Assembly: GCA_963754875.1 (NCBI GenBank)
Contig: CAVWHO010000020.1
Coordinates: 288,001 to 352,000, forward strand
Source of the DNA: Nitrospirota bacterium
GTDB lineage: Bacteria; Nitrospirota; UBA9217
Reading direction: 5' to 3'
Length of the DNA stretch: 64,000 nucleotides
Both the position numbers and the translations under genes were made by a program. Positions 10,836-19,602 of this stretch are shown here, piece after piece. Each line of letters begins with the position of its first letter. Position 1 is the stretch's first letter. Under the pieces are notes generated by a model. The model ran no database searches. It worked only from the letters and a program-made list of their open reading frames with translations, and was not told where the DNA came from.

Positions 10836-13469
10836 ATGGAAGTCATCACCAGTCATACAAACGCGGATTTTGACGCTCTGGCCTCCATGGTCGCAGCGAA
10901 GAAACTCTATCCTGATGCGAAGCTGGTGTTTCCCGGTTCCCAGGAAAAGAGCATGCGGGATTTTTTTCTCGAATCGGCGTTTTATGCGCTTGAGGTCGAG
11001 CGTTTAAAAAACATCGACGTGGACAGCATCACACGGCTCATCATTGTCGATAACCGCAATCCTGCGCGGCTCGGCAAGCTTGCCCTCGCGCTGCCGCATC
11101 CCGGCGTTTCCGTGCATATTTACGATCATCACCCACAAGCGGAAGGCGACATCAGAGGCGAGAAGGAAGTCGTTGAGCAGGTCGGCGCCACAACCACGAT
11201 CATGGTTGAGCTCCTCAGGCAGAAGGGGGTCCCGATCAGTCCGCTCGATGCAACGATCTTCGCGCTCGGCATCTATGAGGAGACAGGCTCACTCACCTTC
11301 GTATCGACTACGGAGCGAGATGCACAGGCCGTGGCATATCTCATCTCGCAGGGCGCCCAGCTGAATATCATCGCCGACTTCCTCTCCCGGGAGCTTACCA
11401 CCGAGCAGATTGCGGTCCTGAATAATCTCATAGAATCGGCGAAAAGCTATGATATCAACGGTGTCCGCGTGGTCATTTCCGCGACGTCGATTCCACGCTT
11501 CCTCCCGGATCTTGCCAACTTGGCGCACAAGATCAGGGAGATGGAAAGCCTGGACGTGCTCTTCCTCGTCGTCCAGATGGGCGACAAGACGCACGTCATT
11601 GGTCGCTGCAGGATCCCTCAGGTGAACGCTGGAGTCGTGCTCGAAGAGCTGGGCGGCGGCGGGCACGCCACTGCTGCATCGGCCGTGGTCAAGGACATGA
11701 CCTACCTTCAGACCCGGGAGCGCCTCATCGACCTATTGAAGCAACATATCAAGCCGGGCCCCACGACAAGCGAGATCATGACTTCGCCGGTCAAGACCAT
11801 CCCTTCCGGCAGCACCATCGCCGAAGCCGGAGAGGCCATGACACGGTTCAGTATTAACGCGATGCCGGTTTTGCGCGACGAAGCGTACCAGGGGATCATT
11901 ACGCGCGAAATCGTGCAGAAGGCCCTTTTTCACGGCTTGGGCAAACAAAAGGTCGAGGAGTTCATGACGACCGGCGGCCCGGTCGCAAGCCCGGACATGC
12001 CCATGAGCCAGGTGGAACGGATCATGATTGAGGAACACCAGCGCTTCATCCCGGTCCTTGACGAGGGAGGTGCGCTCGTAGGTGCGATCACCCGCACGGA
12101 CCTTCTTCGCTCCCTGCACGAGGAGCGGCTCGCGGACATCCGCGAGTCCGAAGAAGCGGCGCCCCGTTCCATCAGGCACGTGAAAGGGCTGATCGAAGAG
12201 CGCGTGCCCCCCGAGGTGCGCGAGGCCCTCCAACTCGTTGGTGACGTGGCTGATTCGAGCGGCTTCCCGGTTTATCTCGTCGGAGGCATCGTACGCGATC
12301 TGTTTCTTCGGGTCCCGAACCTCGACGTCGACATTGTGGTTGAAGGCGACGGCATCACCTTTGCCGGCATGCTCGTGAAGCAGGCAGGTGGACGCATGAA
12401 GACCCATCAAAAATTCGGTACTGCAGTCGTGGTCCTCCCCAACGGACTGAAGATCGATATAGCCACAGCGCGGCTCGAATATTATGAATCACCGGCAGCG
12501 TTGCCCACGGTGGAGCTGTCATCCATCAAAAAAGACCTTTACCGCCGGGACTTTACGGTCAACACGCTTGCTGTGCGCCTCAACAGCATGAGGTACGGCG
12601 AACTGATCGACTTTTTCGGCGGCCTGCGGGATATCAAGGACAAGACCATCCGGGTGCTGCACAGCCTCTCCTTCGTCGAGGATCCCACCCGCGTGCTGCG
12701 GGCCATCCGTTTCGAGCAGCGGTTTGATTTTCATCTGAACAAACACACCCAGAACCTGATCAAGACCGCCGTGAACATGAAACTGTTCAACCGGCTGACA
12801 GGCGAGCGGATCTATACGGAACTCGTACTGATGTTCTCCGAGGCCGAGCCGCTGAAAGTCCTGAAGCGCATGAAGGACTTTGACCTTTTGAAGTTCATTC
12901 ACCCGGGTTTGAAAGGGACGGCGGAGCTCGAACGGCTCTTCACGAACATCGGCGAGACACTCACGTGGTTCAGATTGCTCTATCTCCAGCTGAAGGCGGA
13001 AAAATGGTTTGTTTATTTTCTCGGATTTTTCGATCGGATGAAGGACTCCGCGGCAGAGGAGGCGCTGGAGCGGCTTGCGGTCCCCACCCGGATCAGGGCG
13101 CGCATGCTCCATGCACGCGTGCGCTCCCGCGAGGTGCTCTATGTGTTCTACAAGGAACAGGAGCTTTCGTCGAGCCGCATTTACGACCTGCTGTCACCGT
13201 TGGACGTTGAGTCCATTCTCCTTATGATGGCAAAGGCGAAGAAGGAGACAGCAAGGAAGTATATCTCGCTCTACCTCACCCACCTTCGTAATGTCAAGGT
13301 GACGGTGACCGGAGATGACCTCAAAAAAATGGGCATCCCGCCGGGGCCGAGGTATAAAAAGATCCTTGTTGAACTTCTCGATGCAAAACTGGACGGAGCA
13401 GTCAAAAACCGTGAGGATGAGCTGGAGTTCGTAAGGCGTAAGGCGAATAACGACAGCCGAAAAAATTAA
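10836..13469 (+). CDS. tRNA nucleotidyltransferase with N-terminal DHH/DHHA1 and tandem CBS domains; probably the A-adding type
   Basis: HTNADFDA, YDHH and GGGGHATAAS (DHH/DHHA1); CBS pair; LVGGIVRDL, DVDIVV, RRDFTVN and EDPTRVLRAIRF (class II nucleotidyltransferase). Confidence 0.9.
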   Translation: MEVITSHTNADFDALASMVAAKKLYPDAKLVFPGSQEKSMRDFFLESAFYALEVERLKNIDVDSITRLIIVDNRNPARLGKLALALPHPGVSVHIYDHHPQAEGDIRGEKEVVEQVGATTTIMVELLRQKGVPISPLDATIFALGIYEETGSLTFVSTTERDAQAVAYLISQGAQLNIIADFLSRELTTEQIAVLNNLIESAKSYDINGVRVVISATSIPRFLPDLANLAHKIREMESLDVLFLVVQMGDKTHVIGRCRIPQVNAGVVLEELGGGGHATAASAVVKDMTYLQTRERLIDLLKQHIKPGPTTSEIMTSPVKTIPSGSTIAEAGEAMTRFSINAMPVLRDEAYQGIITREIVQKALFHGLGKQKVEEFMTTGGPVASPDMPMSQVERIMIEEHQRFIPVLDEGGALVGAITRTDLLRSLHEERLADIRESEEAAPRSIRHVKGLIEERVPPEVREALQLVGDVADSSGFPVYLVGGIVRDLFLRVPNLDVDIVVEGDGITFAGMLVKQAGGRMKTHQKFGTAVVVLPNGLKIDIATARLEYYESPAALPTVELSSIKKDLYRRDFTVNTLAVRLNSMRYGELIDFFGGLRDIKDKTIRVLHSLSFVEDPTRVLRAIRFEQRFDFHLNKHTQNLIKTAVNMKLFNRLTGERIYTELVLMFSEAEPLKVLKRMKDFDLLKFIHPGLKGTAELERLFTNIGETLTWFRLLYLQLKAEKWFVYFLGFFDRMKDSAAEEALERLAVPTRIRARMLHARVRSREVLYVFYKEQELSSSRIYDLLSPLDVESILLMMAKAKKETARKYISLYLTHLRNVKVTVTGDDLKKMGIPPGPRYKKILVELLDAKLDGAVKNREDELEFVRRKANNDSRKN

Positions 13470-13799
13470 TGCAGTAATTGCACGGCTAAAATCATTCCCA
13501 CCAAACCTTGTTGATTTAAGGAGGAGGGGTGCTTATAGCCCGCGAACACATCGTACGCAAGCCCATGTCTGCAAGCGGGGACTCACAGGATAGGAGCTGG
13601 ACGAATAACTGTGCTTTCCCCCGGACTATCCTTATGAAGGGTGAACTGAAAGACTCTTCAGGTGTCGCAAACTACAGATTCCTGTCTGGGACCCTTGATA
13701 CAAGGCGCGATACATAGAGAAAGATCGTAAATGTTCCCGTCACGACGATACCCGGAATACATTTTCACGGTTCTCCGAAACTCCTTGAAGGAAAACCCC

Positions 13800-13827
13800 T
13801 TGCAACTGTCCGCAAAAACGGTATAAT
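13800..13827 (+). promoter_or_regulatory. sigma70-type promoter upstream of the RRM-bS21 cluster
   Basis: TTGCAA-N16-TATAAT; implies a leader of about 260 nt. Confidence 0.6.
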
Positions 13828-14096
13828 GTTAATATAAATTACTATCGGGGCAAGGCTCTCCTGTGTTTCGGAACGGGATGTCGTTTGCGCCTGATCATCG
13901 ATCACTGACTCTTCCTGCTCTCACCTTTTCTGCCTAAAAAAGCGACAGCATAGCTGGTTGGCGAACGATGTGGCTTTGCGGACACCCACTCGAGTCCGTG
14001 CCTTCTATTCGGGGAGGCGGCGCGATTGCGGAGAAGACGTAACGTGCTGTGCGGCATTGACCGTCGGCGCGAACTTTAAATCACGGAGGAGGCAAC

Positions 14097-14432
14097 ATGG
14101 CGAAGAAGCTTTATGTCGGGAATTTGTCGTATAACACCCACGAAGAGGATTTGCGGGAGGCATTCTCGAAGATCGGCGAGGTACTGTCCGCTACACTGAT
14201 CGTCGATCAAACGAACGGCAGGTCCAAGGGGTTCGGTTTTGTGGAGATGGCGTCGGATGAGGACGCGGAAAAGGCGATCTCTACCATGAATGGTACATCA
14301 TTTATGGATCGGACGATCACGGTAAATGAGGCCCGGCCGAAGACGGAGGGTGGGCGCTCGGGTTCCGGCGGTGGCGGTAGAGGTGGTCGCGGCGGATACG
14401 GCGGTGGCGGAGGAGGAAGATCGTGGAGGTAA
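14097..14432 (+). CDS. RNP-1 (RRM) RNA-binding protein with glycine-rich tail
   Basis: RNP2 LYVGNL, RNP1 KGFGFVEM, GGRGG tail, GGAGG RBS. Confidence 0.95.
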   Translation: MAKKLYVGNLSYNTHEEDLREAFSKIGEVLSATLIVDQTNGRSKGFGFVEMASDEDAEKAISTMNGTSFMDRTITVNEARPKTEGGRSGSGGGGRGGRGGYGGGGGGRSWR

Positions 14433-14698
14433 GAGTCCAGTCCCAGAACATTGAAAAGGCCCTGCGGGATTTGAAGAAAAAACTTCAGCTTGACGGGGTA
14501 TTCGGGGACCTGAAGAATCGGCGCTTTTATGAAAAGCCCTCAGTGAAAAAGAAGAGGAAGCAGGCGGAGGCGCAGAAGCGAAAACGGAAGCTCCTTAAAC
14601 GCTCGCGTCCATCCGGATCGGGTCCTGGGGGTTCTGGGCCAAGGCCGGGAAGGCCGTCACAGTCACCCTCTGCATCGAATAACCAGGCCCGGACCTGA
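14423..14698 (+). CDS. rpsU: Ribosomal protein bS21 with a low-complexity C-terminal extension
   Basis: NIEKALRDLKKK...RRFYEKPSVKKKRK; overlaps the RRM gene by 10 nt. Confidence 0.88.
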   Translation: MEVRVQSQNIEKALRDLKKKLQLDGVFGDLKNRRFYEKPSVKKKRKQAEAQKRKRKLLKRSRPSGSGPGGSGPRPGRPSQSPSASNNQART

Positions 14699-14740
14699 AA
14701 AAATCAATTACTGAAGAGGGGCCATAGCAGTGGGATTGAA

Positions 14741-14773
14741 GCGGGCCGGCCCCCAGTTATCCGGCCCGCCTTT
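14741..14773 (+). terminator. GC-rich hairpin after rpsU; possible weak intrinsic terminator
   Basis: GCGGGCCGG-N11-CCGGCCCGC followed by CTTT. Confidence 0.45.
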
Positions 14774-14816
14774 ATCAAGGTGCAGCTTTCGAAAATTCTT
14801 TCTGAGGAGGCATCCA

Positions 14817-14981
14817 GTGGGGAAACCAAATTTTAATTTCCAAAAGCGTCAGAAAGAACTCGCGAAACAAAAAAAGAACGAGGAAAAAAAGCAGCGCAAA
14901 CTTGATAAAAATGCTGTAAAGTCCGCTGAGGATCAGGGCAGACTGGTTGAAGGCGGAGAGGACAATACAAACCGCATTTGA
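14817..14981 (+). CDS. Small Lys-rich hypothetical protein, 54 aa
   Basis: GAGGAGG RBS then GTG; MGKPNFNFQKRQKELAKQKKNEEKKQRK... Confidence 0.75.
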   Translation: MGKPNFNFQKRQKELAKQKKNEEKKQRKLDKNAVKSAEDQGRLVEGGEDNTNRI

Positions 14982-15025
14982 CGTGGGAATAAGCAGAAAC
15001 TCTCGCAAGAGGGAGGTGATGAGGC

Positions 15026-15088
15026 ATGGCAGCTTCACGGCAAGGCGCAAAGAAGGAAGTAAAAAAACCGAAGAGCAAGAAGAAATAA
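15026..15088 (+). CDS. Putative 20-aa basic microprotein MAASRQGAKKEVKKPKSKKK
   Basis: GGAGGTGA at 15012-15019, 6 nt before ATG; TAA at 15086. Below the ORF-track cutoff. Confidence 0.6.
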   Translation: MAASRQGAKKEVKKPKSKKK

Positions 15089-15265
15089 TATTTTCATGAT
15101 TGATGAACGTATCATTGTCACGCCGGGAGGTCGTGTGCTCCAGCGTGTGGATCTCTCTCTCGTGAATATGCACGAACGGAACCTCGGGGTTGTCGCCTCG
15201 GATATCTAACCGGCATCCAGGTTAACCTCCTCGGGGTTTTCACCATGTTCATGGTGCAGATTAGC

Positions 15266-15406
15266 CTACGATGGTTTCTTGGGACTGCATTCCGTCTCCT
15301 TGCAGCCACACAGAGGATACCACTTCTTGAACCCGTAGTAGAAGGTAATAGCAGCATAGATGTAAATTGCTGCAGCGACGGCAACGATGATTAGAATAAT
15401 CGTCAT
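15266..15406 (-). CDS. 46-aa single-pass membrane protein with a Cys-rich tail
   Basis: MTIILIIVAVAAAIYIYAAITFYYGFKKWYPLCGCKETECSPKKPS*; AAGGTG upstream. Absent from the ORF track. Confidence 0.65.
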   Translation of the reverse strand: MTIILIIVAVAAAIYIYAAITFYYGFKKWYPLCGCKETECSPKKPS

Positions 15407-15701
15407 ACCTGCACCTTTTAGCAACCCCCCCCAGATCAGATATAGTTCAAGAGATCTGCTTCTCCTTTTTTTAAAAAGTATACAGCAACTCTCTTAGACT
15501 AGCTCCTGAATCCGCGAAGAGCGCGGGGGGGAAATGCTAAAAAGAAATACTTTCCCGCTCACATTGTTGATGGTCGCGATTACCTGCTTGTCCTCCTGAC
15601 AATTCGTCAGTGGTTATTTCATCACGCATTCTTGCCGGCGCAAAGTACTGCGGATAGCTTCATAATTGAAAGCGGCCAGTCCGGACAAGGGAACTCTGTC
15701 C

Positions 15702-16049
15702 TTACCCTGGAGACTGTCCTGCTTCCAGTAGACTGATGATTGGTTCCTCAGGATGCGGAAGTCCGGCAATCTTCCAGGCAATGAGCGGGTTGAAGAACTT
15801 TTTAGCTACGCAGTCTTTCGGTTCATGGAGCTTTGTGCATATCGAATTCACGATAGGGAAGAAGTTGTATGCCTTGTAATGATCGCGGATGAATTTCAAT
15901 ATGGCAATGCTCTCAGCAGTAAGTTCCCCGACCTCTGCTTTTGCGGCCAGCTCACGCGCAACTCCCTCATCCCAGTCGTCAAAATTAACCAGATACCCCT
16001 CATCATCCATGGCTATCTTTTTTTTACTAGGTTGTTCCAGTACAGGCAT
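15702..16049 (-). CDS. TusE/DsrC family protein lacking the C-terminal cysteines
   Basis: MDDEGYLVNFDDWDEGVA, ELT..IAILKFIRDHY and KIAGLPHP family motifs; ends EEPIISLLEAGQSPG with no Cys. Confidence 0.85.
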   Translation of the reverse strand: MPVLEQPSKKKIAMDDEGYLVNFDDWDEGVARELAAKAEVGELTAESIAILKFIRDHYKAYNFFPIVNSICTKLHEPKDCVAKKFFNPLIAWKIAGLPHPEEPIISLLEAGQSPG

Positions 16050-16271
16050 AAAAAAATCCTTTCTTACAACATAACACTCAACATCCACCTACAATCATTT
16101 TATATCCCGTTCCAGCAGTGGTCAAGTCGTGCTAAAGTCGTACAAAGGCCACATGCTCGCGGTTAGGATGTTAAAGATCAACAGCAACAAAGGTTGGCAG
16201 CAGTACTTCCGTTGCCAAAGAGGTTGCTGGTACTGCCGTTAGAACCCCTTAGCTTTGGCCATGGAGAGTGG

Positions 16272-17306
16272 TTAGGATTGCTTGTCGACTTCTTCGTACA
16301 CGAGGCGAGTGATATCGCGAATCACTTTCGACAAACGGTCGACATCATTGCCCTGCGCCATGACACCGAGGAGAAAAGGTCGGTTCGGGTGATAAATGAT
16401 ACCGACCTCGTGTAGTTGCTGGACTTCCTGCTGTTGTCCTTCCATCGATACAGATATTTTCCGTTCACCCTGTTTGCATGCTATCTCGATGTTTGGCGGA
16501 ACCCCCGCGGCCATTCCGTCCCGGAACGAGAGTTTGGAAAGATATCTGAGGGCTTTTTCGGACATCTCTTCGGAGAGATAGGATGCGTTATACAGGACAC
16601 GATAGAATGCCGCGAACGCGTTTAATGATAGGGAGTCTTCCTGTTTCTGAGGGTCGTATTCAACGTACAGGTCCTTGAAAATTTTATCAAGGCGTCCCGG
16701 TGGCAGATTTGCATATAACAAGGAGTACGCAGCGGCATCGTCGTGAACGATCATTCTAAAAATAAGGTCGTTGACCGTATAAGCTTTGCCGGGATCCAGG
16801 TCCTGCGAGTGGATGCCATTGTCCTGAGCTACTCCTTTCTCTTTGCCGTTATACAGCAGGGTTTTACGCAGAACCAGCGGGCTCGACTCTGCCCACTTGA
16901 AATAGGCGATCATGAGCGGCACTTTTAAAAGACTTTTCGGTGACAATTTGTCATGCGCCCTGATGCCGAAGGAGTTCCCGTTATTCAAGTCCCGAAAATA
17001 AACAGAGATGGTAGACGCCTCGCCGCTTTTCAACGTATTTTCGATCATCGCATTCACTTTGTACTGAAAAGGCTTCAGCTCTTTGGCTGATTGATGTTTT
17101 TCAGAACCATTCGATCTCACGGAGGCACGGATGAACCTGAATGTTCCTTCCTCACTCTCCGGGACAGCTTCGCCTTTGCTCGTTGAAGGAGGGGTAAATA
17201 CGCCAATCCCGGAACCTACGAATACACCGAACGCAAAGGTGGCGGCAAACAGAGTCAACAAAAGAGGCCACTGAAGCGATAGTTTTCTTCTTTCCAATTC
17301 ATTCAT
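16272..17306 (-). CDS. Membrane-anchored serine hydrolase, class A beta-lactamase-related, with degenerate motifs
   Basis: N-terminal TM; SVYFRDL; SxxK as SLLK; HEVGIIY. ATGA overlap with the MarR stop. Confidence 0.8.
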   Translation of the reverse strand: MNELERRKLSLQWPLLLTLFAATFAFGVFVGSGIGVFTPPSTSKGEAVPESEEGTFRFIRASVRSNGSEKHQSAKELKPFQYKVNAMIENTLKSGEASTISVYFRDLNNGNSFGIRAHDKLSPKSLLKVPLMIAYFKWAESSPLVLRKTLLYNGKEKGVAQDNGIHSQDLDPGKAYTVNDLIFRMIVHDDAAAYSLLYANLPPGRLDKIFKDLYVEYDPQKQEDSLSLNAFAAFYRVLYNASYLSEEMSEKALRYLSKLSFRDGMAAGVPPNIEIACKQGERKISVSMEGQQQEVQQLHEVGIIYHPNRPFLLGVMAQGNDVDRLSKVIRDITRLVYEEVDKQS

Positions 17307-17851
17307 AATGTTTTTCCCGAAGCTGGCCGCTTCCGCGGGGAAGTTTCCTTTCGAACCAGGTTTCTTTTTTCCGGCTGGTTCACTTCCGGGGAAAGAATAA
17401 GCCGGGGAGGGATGTTTTGCGCCCCGAGTATCTCAGCCATCTGGTCCAGAGCCTGCGCGATGCTTTTCAGTCTGTTGGTGTCCAGTTTTTCAAGCCCGGA
17501 GACCAGGAGACCCTGGGCCACTTCCGGAGCTTTCTTTACTAATGCACGACCCTGCCCGGTCAATTCTACCCTAACCACACGGCGGTCCTTTGTCGAACGC
17601 AGCCTTATGACCAATCCCTGTTTTTCGAGGCGGTTAAGAATCCCCACCACAGTCGCAGGGTGAAGATACATGCGTCTGGCGATCTCAGAGACCATGATGG
17701 GAGCTTCCTGTGCTATAGTTTTGATTGCCCAGAGCTGGGGACCGGTGAGGCCTGTCTCACGCTCGGACTTCTTCGATTGCCCATTGACTACCTGAAAAAC
17801 CCGGCGCAGATTATCGATGATTTCCGCGACTGCGTCTGACCTCTTAGTCAA
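17303..17851 (-). CDS. MarR family transcriptional regulator
   Basis: GLTGPQLWAI, LHPATVVGILNRLEKQGLV and DRRVVRVELT motifs; TTG start 8 nt after GGGAGG. Confidence 0.92.
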   Translation of the reverse strand: MTKRSDAVAEIIDNLRRVFQVVNGQSKKSERETGLTGPQLWAIKTIAQEAPIMVSEIARRMYLHPATVVGILNRLEKQGLVIRLRSTKDRRVVRVELTGQGRALVKKAPEVAQGLLVSGLEKLDTNRLKSIAQALDQMAEILGAQNIPPRLILSPEVNQPEKRNLVRKETSPRKRPASGKTL

Positions 17852-17874
17852 GAATAGAGCCTCCCATAATTGGC

Positions 17875-17931
17875 TTGACAAAGCAGCAACAAAGTGCTAT
17901 TAGTTTGAATACAAATCATTGTACCATACAA
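17875..17931 (+). promoter_or_regulatory. Divergent promoter region with a candidate MarR operator
   Basis: TTGACA-N17-TATTAG at 17875-17903; palindrome TTGTA-CCA-TACAA at 17919-17931. Confidence 0.45.
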
Positions 17932-18234
17932 GATGTGAAATGTAAAATAAAATGAAATTAAAGTGTTCGTTCGATTAAACAAAATGCAAGCCATGGTGTC
18001 AAAAGAAAGAGTACCGCGTGTTTAAAATAAAGCGAAGAAACAAAAGGAGCAAAACATGATAATGACAGGCTGACTATCTATTCTGTGGCGGATGACCCGG
18101 CTTCATTCTGTACTCGTATCGTCAGTAAAAGAAGGATTAGATTTATCTTGTGACTCATAACCGCATTAGTAAAACAGCAGTAAACGATATTAACGCTACT
18201 ACATCGAATGGTACATTCTAGGAGGAATAACTGT

Positions 18235-18789
18235 ATGAATCGCAAAAGCTTGCTGTATCTATCATTTATCTTACTTGTTGGCATTGTTACCTTGTGGGGT
18301 TGTCCGAAAAAAGCAGAAGTAACAACAACGCCCGAAGCGCAAACGGAAAAAGCGACACCGTCGGCGACCCCTGCTCCGTCGACAGAAGCTACAACAGCCG
18401 AAACAAAGGCTGAGATGAAAGCCGAAGGTTCGAATGAAAAGTCCGGCATAACGGCGGAAGGTCTCAAACCCGTTTATTTCGATTTTGACAAGTCCTTTAT
18501 CCGCGATGATGCAAAGGCCGTCATGAAGGCGAATGTCGAATGGCTCAAAGCGAACCCCAAAGCAAAGATCAGGATCGAGGGCAATTGTGACGAACGGGGC
18601 GCTGTCGAGTACAATCAGGCGCTCGGTCAGCGACGTGCATTGAGCGCAAAGAAGTATCTGGCCAATATGGGCATCTCGGAACACCGGATTTCGCTCCTCA
18701 GCTTCGGCAAGGAGAAGCCGATTTGCAGCGAACATGAGGAAACCTGCTGGCAGAAGAACCGGCGCGATGATTTCGTCGTGGGAGAATAA
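18235..18789 (+). CDS. pal: Peptidoglycan-associated lipoprotein (Pal/OmpA C-terminal family)
   Basis: Lipobox LWGC; VYFDFDKS, IEGNCDERG, YNQALGQRRA and NRR motifs; AGGAGG RBS. Confidence 0.9.
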   Translation: MNRKSLLYLSFILLVGIVTLWGCPKKAEVTTTPEAQTEKATPSATPAPSTEATTAETKAEMKAEGSNEKSGITAEGLKPVYFDFDKSFIRDDAKAVMKANVEWLKANPKAKIRIEGNCDERGAVEYNQALGQRRALSAKKYLANMGISEHRISLLSFGKEKPICSEHEETCWQKNRRDDFVVGE

Positions 18790-19085
18790 GCACGCCCGCT
18801 GCCGGACGGTCTAAGTGAGGTTTCTGTAGTTTCTCTAATCGGAAACAGTCGTCGGGAGAGTTGCTGCCCTACTATACCGATCTTGCCGTCGCTCCGCTCG
18901 TTGTCGGTGTCATGCGATGAAAGCGGTAAAAGGAGACAGTCGCTTTTCCGAAAAAAACGCAAAAGACCACGAGACGATTCGACTTCGATCCGCCGAGACG
19001 CAAAGGCTATCGACGACAGGAAAAACGCCCTGCTTTATAAAATAGTTGCGCCGTAAAATAATGCCGTCAAACGGGAGGTGACGTA

Positions 19086-19418
19086 ATGAGCTATCTGGAT
19101 CTTGACGGTATGAAATGGGTCAAATTAAAAGCTGATTTGGAAACAGGACTCAAGGAGGGCATCGTGGCTCTCAAAAAGGGCGTCGTAGTAGTCAAAAAGA
19201 GAACGGGCGAATTGACGGAAGAAGGGAAGCGTCAATACAAACTGATGGCACTAAAGTCAAAATTGCATAATGGCTTTTCCGACCTTGGCGCGAGAGTGTA
19301 CTCACTGGCCGCTACAAAAGGCAGGAAAAATCTCGAAGCGGACGCCAAAGTGAAAGACATCATGGCACAGCTCAAGAGATATGACGCAGAGATAGTTTTC
19401 CTCGAAAGACGCAGCTAA
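19086..19418 (+). CDS. Hypothetical helical/coiled-coil protein
   Basis: 110-aa ORF with a GGAGGTG RBS. Confidence 0.7.
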   Translation: MSYLDLDGMKWVKLKADLETGLKEGIVALKKGVVVVKKRTGELTEEGKRQYKLMALKSKLHNGFSDLGARVYSLAATKGRKNLEADAKVKDIMAQLKRYDAEIVFLERRS

Positions 19419-19602
19419 AATCATCCAAACGGGGGATCGGAAGCGCCGCTTGAATCCTCCCGGCTTGTTACAGATACATCACTGCTCACTTTGAGGGTGC
19501 CGGAGAATTGTATACTTTCGGCGCCCTTTCTTATTTAAGGTAAAGCGTCACACTCTGATGTGAGCCGGAAGAGAGGTATTAAATGAGCATAGGCAGTATA
19601 TT

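Noticed and set aside
13529..13717. 62-aa ORF with an AAGGAGG upstream; also a faint c-di-GMP-riboswitch-like word (CGCAAACTACAG)
   Set aside because: No recognisable protein features, and the paired elements of the riboswitch could not be built.
16185..16245. Degenerate direct repeat (GGTTG...GTACT.CCGTT twice)
   Set aside because: Only two imperfect copies and no supportable function.
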